The notes under the pieces are model-generated. The model saw only the letters and a list, made by a program, of their open reading frames with translations. It made no database searches and was not told where the DNA came from. Shown here piece after piece: positions 52,807 through 59,358 of a stretch of 59,358 bases of DNA (positions are counted from its first letter, which is position 1; each line of letters begins with the position of its first letter). The translations under genes were made by a program, and so were the position numbers. Source of the DNA: a bacterium CG_4_10_14_0_2_um_filter_33_32 (GTDB taxonomy: Bacteria > Patescibacteriota > CPR2_A > CG2-30-33-46); NCBI GenBank assembly GCA_002792735.1, contig PFOW01000058.1:1-59358 (forward strand), in the 5' to 3' direction.

Positions 52807-54900
52807 CTAATGATTTTTATTAGAATATGTAAGATAGAAGAAAAGATCGGTTGACAGAATTCCGTTAAAGCTTTCTTGTTTTTTTTCTATATTACCGCCA
52901 AAACTCCTAGTAACCATTCCATCGGGTATTTTGATTATGGTTTTCAGTTTAGAACCTAAGCTACCTGGTTGTTTTTGGGTGATAAGAGAATATTTTGCAA
53001 TGTTATTATCAGGATTAATTTTAAAAGGTAATTCATATGATATTTGCGCGGTTTTTTTCTCTTTTGGTGCGAGAGAAAATTCTGATCCAAAAACTGTTTT
53101 ACCATCTTCATTATAAATATCAATTTTATTTTCAAATCCTTCTGCTTTTATTAGCCTGCTACCATTGGGCGTATATATTTTTATATAATTTTTATTGATT
53201 CCAACAAGCCACATTTCTCTTTTGGCCCAAGGGTCATAGTATTTATACAGATAATCGGAAGTATGCTCTCTTGTTATCGTTAAATTTTTAATTATTGATC
53301 CATCTTCTTTTATTATTATTTCTTGTTGAAGATCCTCGTTAACTTTTAAACTACTTTTGCCTCCACCAAAATTGTTATTAACAACCATAAGGAAGTCATC
53401 ATTAGGCTTATTATCTATTTTTCCTGTCCAATTTAAAGCATCGGCAATTTTTTGAATTTCGTTATCCGTAGAATATATAAGCATATGTTTTTCATCTATC
53501 ATTTCTAGCATTGAGAACAACAGCTGCTTTGTTTCTTGTGTATTTAATGAGGATATTTTTGTTACTAATTTATCTTTTATATTGCCAAGTATAGTTTTTG
53601 GATTTTTACTATCCTGTTTATCTTTTCCGGCTTCAACTTCTATTTGTAGAGTTTCCAGAAGGTTGCCGCTATTAATAGTGATTCCGTAATCGTCTAATTT
53701 AATCGGACCCGTTATTTTTAATATTTTTTCAAGTACAGTGGGGGTTACGGATATTATTCCATCTATTCTTTCCGGATATTTATTATTTTCAGCATATTTA
53801 GTTTCTGTTTTATAAAAACTTATTATGTTTTTAGCGGTTTTGGAAAAATCTGGATCTAAATTTGAATCCCTTAGAGCCCAATTACCGGTTGATGCGGGGT
53901 TCATAGGCAAAGGAGGCGCTACATAAATGGCTTTACCTGCTGCTACTGCTTTTGAGTATGGATTGTCTAATTTATAAATATCATCTACGTAAAAGTCTTT
54001 AATTTCAGCATCTTTCATTTTTAGAATACCAAAACTCCCAATAAATCCGCCCGTACCTCTCATTTCATTATTATTCTGAAATATTAACAAATAATTTTTT
54101 TCTTGGGCTAAGCCAGTGATCGTGGGCAGCTGTAAACTTAATTGGTTTCCCAGTGCGACATATTTCTTTATTTTCGGAAAAACGACTTTCATTTTTTCGA
54201 CTTTCGGAGCAATATTATTATCCAGTATATTTGTATCTATTTTAGATAAAGATATATCTATTTTATCCAATTCCTGCATTATTTGCGGCAGCCGACTTTC
54301 TATTTTGTAAATTGTTTCCTTGGGGTCATTTTTTGAATTAGGATTTTGTCTGGCAAAATCTGTAACTTCAATTCCGATCTTAGAAATATTCTTCCCTATT
54401 ATTATCATATTTTCTGCATTTTTTTCATACTTTGACGCAAAAGGAATTACCGAAGCCGGGGCAGTGATAAGTTTTGCTTTGGAGAATTTATTATCAGCAT
54501 TATTAAATTCTTCAAGAGATTTTTTAAAGTACAGAGATGATTTTTCTAAATCAAATGAAGACAAATTATTCTTTGCCAATTTTAAATACCGCATTCCTTT
54601 ATAGCCAGAAGACATAACACTATCTTTGAATCTATAGATTTCAGAAGCTATTGATAGTGAGATAATGATGAAGGTTGCGGATAATATTAATATCGAAAAT
54701 AACCCAAGATTAAAGACTATTTTATTAATAAAATTATGTTTTGTAATAAAATCGGCTAATTCGTGAGTTTTGGCATGAGAATATATTACAGAATCAACTG
54801 CGTATGGAGTTTCAGTTGGGTTGTTTCTTCTAAATTTTTCCCCAAGTGATTCCTTTTGATGGTCTAGGGGGTCAATTTTTCTAGGAATTATGTCTTTCAT
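52807..54900 (-). CDS. DUF4012 domain membrane protein
   Basis: N-terminal TM and the hallmark FQNNNEMRGTGGFIGSFG motif of DUF4012. Adjacent to glycosyltransferase genes. Confidence 0.75.
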   Translation of the reverse strand: MKDIIPRKIDPLDHQKESLGEKFRRNNPTETPYAVDSVIYSHAKTHELADFITKHNFINKIVFNLGLFSILILSATFIIISLSIASEIYRFKDSVMSSGYKGMRYLKLAKNNLSSFDLEKSSLYFKKSLEEFNNADNKFSKAKLITAPASVIPFASKYEKNAENMIIIGKNISKIGIEVTDFARQNPNSKNDPKETIYKIESRLPQIMQELDKIDISLSKIDTNILDNNIAPKVEKMKVVFPKIKKYVALGNQLSLQLPTITGLAQEKNYLLIFQNNNEMRGTGGFIGSFGILKMKDAEIKDFYVDDIYKLDNPYSKAVAAGKAIYVAPPLPMNPASTGNWALRDSNLDPDFSKTAKNIISFYKTETKYAENNKYPERIDGIISVTPTVLEKILKITGPIKLDDYGITINSGNLLETLQIEVEAGKDKQDSKNPKTILGNIKDKLVTKISSLNTQETKQLLFSMLEMIDEKHMLIYSTDNEIQKIADALNWTGKIDNKPNDDFLMVVNNNFGGGKSSLKVNEDLQQEIIIKEDGSIIKNLTITREHTSDYLYKYYDPWAKREMWLVGINKNYIKIYTPNGSRLIKAEGFENKIDIYNEDGKTVFGSEFSLAPKEKKTAQISYELPFKINPDNNIAKYSLITQKQPGSLGSKLKTIIKIPDGMVTRSFGGNIEKKQESFNGILSTDLFFYLTYSNKNH

Positions 54901-56011
54901 CTAAAAACCCTTTATATCTTTCAAAAACAAAATTTTCTATTTTTTCTTTAAAATTGTTTTTACTAAATTTTGTGGCATTGTTTCTTATCATTGATGGATC
55001 GAAATTTGTTTTTTCAAATTCTCTGATAGTAGAGATCAATGACTCAGCAGTTTGTTCATCAAATAATAATCCGGAAACTTTTGGTGCTACAGTTTCTTTT
55101 GCGCCACCTTTGTTATAAGCGATAACGGGTCTACCTGAAGCCATGGATTCTACCGGTGTTATACCAAAGTCCTCTTCGGTGGGGAATATAAAAGCCTTAG
55201 CGTTAGAATATAGTTCTCTTAGTCGGTTATCGCTGACCCTGCCTAAAAATTCAATATTATCATTAGCAATATTTTTTAAATCATTCTCGATTGATCCGGT
55301 ACCCGCAATCTTAAGTGGTAACTTAAGTTTATTAAAGGCCTCAATAACAAGATCTATCTTTTTGTAAGGTATTAGTCTGCTGCATATAAAATAATAATCC
55401 TGAACATTATTTGAAATATTGAAGAAATCAGTATTAATAGGAGGATATATAACTTCTGAATCTGCTCGATAGTATTTTTTAATCCTTTTTGCTGTATTTT
55501 GTGAGTTAGCGATCCACAAATCAACCCTATCTGCGGCTAATCGATCCCACATTCTTAAGTTATAGGCAATTTTTGGCATCCGCCACCTTATAAGAGGGTT
55601 CAATATACCAAATTCCATTTGATTTAGGTATTCATGATAATGACTCCAAAGATATCTTGTGGGCGTATGGCAATAACATATATGGAGTGTTTCTGGTTTG
55701 GTGATAACTCCTTTTGATGATGCATGGGAGCTTGATATAATTATGTCAAAATCAGACAAATCGAATTCTTCAAAGGCTTTACCCATAAAAGGAAACAACA
55801 GTTGATGTTTAGCAATCGGAAATTTTTGCAGGGAAGACGTGTAAACTTTGCGATTTTTGAATATTTCTGGAAATTTTTCGGGTTTGTATAAAGATGTAAA
55901 TATAGGTGCTTCCGGGAATACTTCCAAAAGAGCCATCACAACCTGTTCTGCGCCTGCAAAATTGGTTAGCCAATCATGAACTATTGCTATTTTAGGTTTG
56001 CTAGTATGCAC
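54881..56011 (-). CDS. Glycosyltransferase family 4 (GT-B)
   Basis: GT-B fold with an EX7E-like region (FPTEEDFGITPVESMASGRPVIA). Confidence 0.85.
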   Translation of the reverse strand: MHTSKPKIAIVHDWLTNFAGAEQVVMALLEVFPEAPIFTSLYKPEKFPEIFKNRKVYTSSLQKFPIAKHQLLFPFMGKAFEEFDLSDFDIIISSSHASSKGVITKPETLHICYCHTPTRYLWSHYHEYLNQMEFGILNPLIRWRMPKIAYNLRMWDRLAADRVDLWIANSQNTAKRIKKYYRADSEVIYPPINTDFFNISNNVQDYYFICSRLIPYKKIDLVIEAFNKLKLPLKIAGTGSIENDLKNIANDNIEFLGRVSDNRLRELYSNAKAFIFPTEEDFGITPVESMASGRPVIAYNKGGAKETVAPKVSGLLFDEQTAESLISTIREFEKTNFDPSMIRNNATKFSKNNFKEKIENFVFERYKGFLDERHNS

Positions 56012-57455
56012 TTTTTACCTTAAAGAAGACCAATAAAGTTTTAAATAATATTTTTATATCCAAAAAAAGTGACCAATTCTCAATATAGTATATATCCAAC
56101 TTGGCTCTTTCTGAATAAGTTAAATCATTTCTGCCGCTTATCTGCCATAGTCCAGTCATGCCAGGTTTTAGTATAAGTCTTTGTTGTTTATTGCTGCCAT
56201 ATTTTTCTATTTCTTCTTCAACGACAGGTCTTGGTCCAACCAAACTCATTTCACCCTTTAAGACGTTGATTAGCTGCGGTAATTCATCTAAGCTGGTTTT
56301 TCTAAGGAATGTTCCAATAGATGTAACCCTTGGGTCATCTTTTAATTTAAAGTCTTTTGTGAACTCTTCTTTTTTATCTGGATCACTCATTAGCTTTTGG
56401 AAATATTCTTCGGCCTGTTTTCCTCCATATCCATCGCCCCGGCAGTATTCTATTTTCATCGTTCTAAATTTATATAGATAGAAGTTTTTGCCAAAACGTC
56501 CAAGTCGTTTATGCTTATAAAGCAAAGGACCGTTAGAGCTGATTTTTACTAGTAAAATAACAATTATTAAAATTGGGGAGAAAATTATTAAGGTCATCAA
56601 GGATCCAATAATATCCATCAATCTTTTTATTATTCTTCCCCATCCTTCTAGTGGAGTTTTTTTAAGTTCAACTATAGGTATGCCCGCTAAGATATTAACT
56701 GAAGTGTTAGTTGTGTAAACTCCAAATAAACTTGGAGCAAACTTAAAATCAATTTTATATTGATCACTTAAGCTAATCATTTCAGCTACGTTAGAAGGTG
56801 AAAGTTGGGGGTTGGCTTGTATAATTTCATCTACGTTTCTTTTTCTAGCTAATTCTGGGAGCATATCCTCGCTGCCTATTACTTTATAGCCTAAAAAATC
56901 TTCGCCAATTTTTCTTTTATCTAAAATGCCTATAATGTTGTAGCCTAGATAGGGTTTTCTTTTTATTTCGGAAAGGATTAGTTGACTAATTCTGTTGGCC
57001 CCGATAACTACAGTGTTTTGTACGCCGACACCAAACTTGAAAAGATATCTTTGTAATTCTCTAAGCAACTGCCTTGAAATAGATACAGCAACAATAGCAA
57101 TAGCCCAAGCATATATAGGAATAGATTTTGCAGGAAAAATATGCTGTGTTTTAACGAAATCTAGAATAATAATCATCATAACACCTGTAGAAACTGCTAG
57201 GAATATTTTTTTAAGTTCATCGATCCTGCTTTCTGGTTTTTTGATATTGTACAGGCCTGCAAAAAAGAAAATAATTATTCCTATAGTGGATAAGGTTAGT
57301 ACAAGTTTAATGTATGCTATTGCGGTGGTGGGGTTAGCAAGTGGTCTTATATCGATATTTGTTCTAATATGATAAGCCAATAGGAAAGAGAGGGATAGAA
57401 CAATAAAATCTATACCCAGTGCCATAATGCTAAAAATTAGACGTGATTTTTTCAT
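56001..57455 (-). CDS. Polyprenyl-phosphate glycosylphosphotransferase (WbaP/EpsL-type sugar transferase)
   Basis: 4-5 N-terminal TMs, a Rossmann-like middle and a bacterial sugar transferase domain (PLLYKHKRLGRFGKNFYLYKFRTM, DELPQLINVLKGEMSLVGPRP). Confidence 0.88.
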   Translation of the reverse strand: MKKSRLIFSIMALGIDFIVLSLSFLLAYHIRTNIDIRPLANPTTAIAYIKLVLTLSTIGIIIFFFAGLYNIKKPESRIDELKKIFLAVSTGVMMIIILDFVKTQHIFPAKSIPIYAWAIAIVAVSISRQLLRELQRYLFKFGVGVQNTVVIGANRISQLILSEIKRKPYLGYNIIGILDKRKIGEDFLGYKVIGSEDMLPELARKRNVDEIIQANPQLSPSNVAEMISLSDQYKIDFKFAPSLFGVYTTNTSVNILAGIPIVELKKTPLEGWGRIIKRLMDIIGSLMTLIIFSPILIIVILLVKISSNGPLLYKHKRLGRFGKNFYLYKFRTMKIEYCRGDGYGGKQAEEYFQKLMSDPDKKEEFTKDFKLKDDPRVTSIGTFLRKTSLDELPQLINVLKGEMSLVGPRPVVEEEIEKYGSNKQQRLILKPGMTGLWQISGRNDLTYSERAKLDIYYIENWSLFLDIKILFKTLLVFFKVKSAY

Positions 57456-57581
57456 GGGTAAGTTTATTTTAACCTAAACCCCGTTAGAAATCCATTTTTA
57501 GGTTTACGTTTAATAACATAGTAATAGAAGTTTTCTATCTCTAGGGTTTCTATTCATAATGGGGCAAAAACGGATTGAATT

Positions 57582-57612
57582 CAAAAGCCCCTCCAATATT
57601 AATCGGAGGGGC
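57582..57612 (-). terminator. Rho-independent terminator of rnpB
   Basis: Minus strand: GCCCCTCC / GGAGGGGC (57605-57612 with 57587-57594) followed by TTTTG. Confidence 0.7.
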
Positions 57613-58051
57613 TAGCAGGCAGATCTATAAGCCGAGTTCTGTTCCCGATATTAATCGGGATGCAATCATCTATCTTGATTCTTCATTGCTGAAGAATTCT
57701 AGCAACCAGACCCTGTAAAAAATGCCGAGTAAACAATTTTCCTTAGAGCACCAATTTCATCTTTAGAATGATTTTGATTTCTTTAGGATTCTTACAAGGT
57801 CCACTGGTCTTGCACCGGATGGGGTTTACCATTCTGATAAGTCACCTTATCAGATAGAGGGGTCTTACTCCCTCACTTTTCACCCTTAGTCGCCTTAGGC
57901 GACCGGTATAGTCTCTGTGGCACTTTCCCTAGGCTTTTCCTTATATAAATCGGGATTACGCCCGGTTCCCGTTAGGAACCATCCCACTCTTTGGTGCTCG
58001 GACTTTCCTCCCCGATGTAACTCGGGGCGATTGCACGATCCACCTGGATCA
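57612..58051 (-). ncRNA. rnpB: RNase P RNA, bacterial type A
   Basis: Reverse complement contains GGAGGAAAGTCCGAGC (57996-58011), TAAGGGTGAAAAGTGAGGGAGTAAGACCCCTC (57857-57888) and ACAGAACTCGGCTTAT (57627-57642). P1 pairs CAGGTGGATC (58038-58047) with GATCTGCCTG (57616-57625). End coordinates are approximate. Confidence 0.9.
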
Positions 58052-58058
58052 TTATGAT

Positions 58059-58086
58059 ATCATAAAGTGAAAGAAAATCAAGACAA
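58059..58086 (-). promoter_or_regulatory. Promoter candidate for rnpB
   Basis: Minus strand: TTGTCT (58081-58086), 16-nt spacer, TATGAT (58059-58064), about 7 nt before the P1 5' strand. Confidence 0.4.
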
Positions 58087-58100
58087 AAAATATAGTACAT

Positions 58101-58508
58101 TTATTTTTTTATTGCTTCATCTATTGCTTGATTAACCAGTTTATCTGCTTCTTTATTTTGTTCGCGAGGCACAAAATAATATGCAATATTTGTAAAATTC
58201 TGTTCTAAAGTTTTTACTTTAAACAGTAAATTTCTTATTTCACTATTCTTTACCTTAAAAAGTCCTTTTGCTTGATTGACCACCAATTGACTATCTAAAT
58301 AGAATTCTAAATTTTCTGATTTTTCTTTGGCTAGTTCCAATGCTTTTATTAATGCTTGATATTCTGCCTGATTATTTGTTTTTTCCCCGATATATTCTTT
58401 ATAAGTTTCGATCACGTTTCTACTTGAATCCATTATTACGATTCCTATCCCTGCGGGCCCCGGATTATTTCTTGCTCCGCCGTCTGTATAGATGATTAAC
58501 TTTTCCAC
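58101..58508 (-). CDS. rnhA: Ribonuclease HI
   Basis: IYTDGGARNNPGPAGIG, NNQAEYQAL and a C-terminal D, matching the RNase H type 1 catalytic pattern. 135 aa. Confidence 0.85.
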   Translation of the reverse strand: MEKLIIYTDGGARNNPGPAGIGIVIMDSSRNVIETYKEYIGEKTNNQAEYQALIKALELAKEKSENLEFYLDSQLVVNQAKGLFKVKNSEIRNLLFKVKTLEQNFTNIAYYFVPREQNKEADKLVNQAIDEAIKK

Positions 58509-58536
58509 TCGAACCTCTTTTATTTATATATAAATT

Positions 58537-59328
58537 CTATATTAAGTTGTTTTTGGAAGCGAGTGTTTTTTTAAACCAATCAATCGCATGTTGTATCATC
58601 TCTAATCTTTTTTGAGGATTAGTAAAGCCATGATCAGCATCTTTAATTATAATTATTTTTTTGGGTTTATTCACTAGCTCGTAAAGTTTTTTTGCGTATG
58701 AAGGGGGAATGTTTTTATCTTTTTCACCATGAATAACCAAAATTGGTTTACGAATGAAGGTAACTAGTTTTGGGATGTCCTGTTTTTGTAAATCTTGCCA
58801 AATCTGAGGGCCTAATTCAATGCGTTCTCCCTCGGAACTAATTCTGTAGGATAGACCATTGGGGTTAAATTTATAGTCAATAAAGAGAGCACTTAAGGTT
58901 TTATAGGTATTATGTGCTGCAGAGCTTAAAAAAATATATGATTGGATGTTAGGGGAATTAAGGATAATTGATGGTAGCGTACCAAAAGACATTGCCAGAA
59001 TTCCTATTTTTTTAGTATTTACTTGTGTTTGAGATTTAACGAATTTAATAATAGAAAATAGGTCATCGGTTAATTTAGCAATGGTAGTTTTGGAGTAATC
59101 CCCCTCGCTTTTCCCTAAACCAGAAAAATCAAATCTATAGATTATAAAACCCTTCTCGGTTAAAGCAGGGGAGATATCATCAAACATGCTTTTTTCGTGT
59201 CTATTAGTGCCAAAGCCATGGGTTAGAATAATAGCTGGGTATTTGTTTTTTTGAATATCCGGAGTATCAACTTGCCCTCTTAGCTTTTCTTTATATTGAT
59301 TGTAAGTAAAAATTTCTTTTGAAATCAT
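58537..59328 (-). CDS. Alpha/beta hydrolase
   Basis: HGFG oxyanion region, nucleophile elbow AMSFG, HGEKD and C-terminal DADHGF. Confidence 0.75.
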   Translation of the reverse strand: MISKEIFTYNQYKEKLRGQVDTPDIQKNKYPAIILTHGFGTNRHEKSMFDDISPALTEKGFIIYRFDFSGLGKSEGDYSKTTIAKLTDDLFSIIKFVKSQTQVNTKKIGILAMSFGTLPSIILNSPNIQSYIFLSSAAHNTYKTLSALFIDYKFNPNGLSYRISSEGERIELGPQIWQDLQKQDIPKLVTFIRKPILVIHGEKDKNIPPSYAKKLYELVNKPKKIIIIKDADHGFTNPQKRLEMIQHAIDWFKKTLASKNNLI

Positions 59329-59358
59329 TTTAAGCCTTTATTATAATGGCAACGTCAA

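Noticed and set aside
1-59358. Alternative genetic code (UGA recoding), as used by some candidate phyla
   Set aside because: Conserved proteins such as FtsK, RodZ-like and PyrF end at TGA at the expected C-terminal positions. No conserved gene is interrupted by an in-frame TGA.

Overview
AT-rich (by eye roughly one-third G+C, not computed), densely packed bacterial chromosome segment. It reads cleanly with the standard code: TAA, TAG and TGA all terminate recognisable proteins. Content is almost entirely housekeeping. In order: rpsO-pnp, family-4 UDG, RNase J, ftsK, rodZ-like, recA-recX, mnmG, a Xer recombinase, ychF, rpsF-ssb-rpsR, efp, a TlyA fusion, pyrF plus a PRTase, two TrxR paralogues, uppP, an M16 peptidase and rpsT. 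Then holA, fpg, an LtaS-like enzyme, polA, a fused accD/accA, tsaD, thrS, a gmk-like gene, miaB, miaA, sppA, comM and a MacB-type ABC pair. Finally DUF4446/bactofilin, a lipid kinase, infC-rpmI-rplT, an envelope polysaccharide trio (DUF4012/GT4/phosphoglycosyl transferase), RNase P RNA, rnhA and a hydrolase. The reduced gene set, orphan pathway fragments and K/E-rich proteins fit a Patescibacteria/CPR-like organism; this is inference only. I saw no rRNA, tRNA, CRISPR, IS element or prophage. Three observations stand out. (1) A ~72-nt GC-rich two-hairpin element occurs three times on the coding strand, each copy ending in the Shine-Dalgarno of recA, rpsR or thrS, with compensatory stem substitutions between copies; I cannot assign it to any named family. 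(2) A textbook T-box antiterminator/terminator has an unusually short Stem I (K-turn plus terminal loop displaying ACU). It precedes two uncharacterised genes (cupin-like, transglutaminase-like) that lie upstream of thrS. (3) A G8 tract sits in the promoter spacer of a compositionally atypical secreted orphan protein, which suggests phase variation. Lesser oddities are listed individually: domain fusions, non-canonical starts, and insertions in tRNA-modification enzymes.
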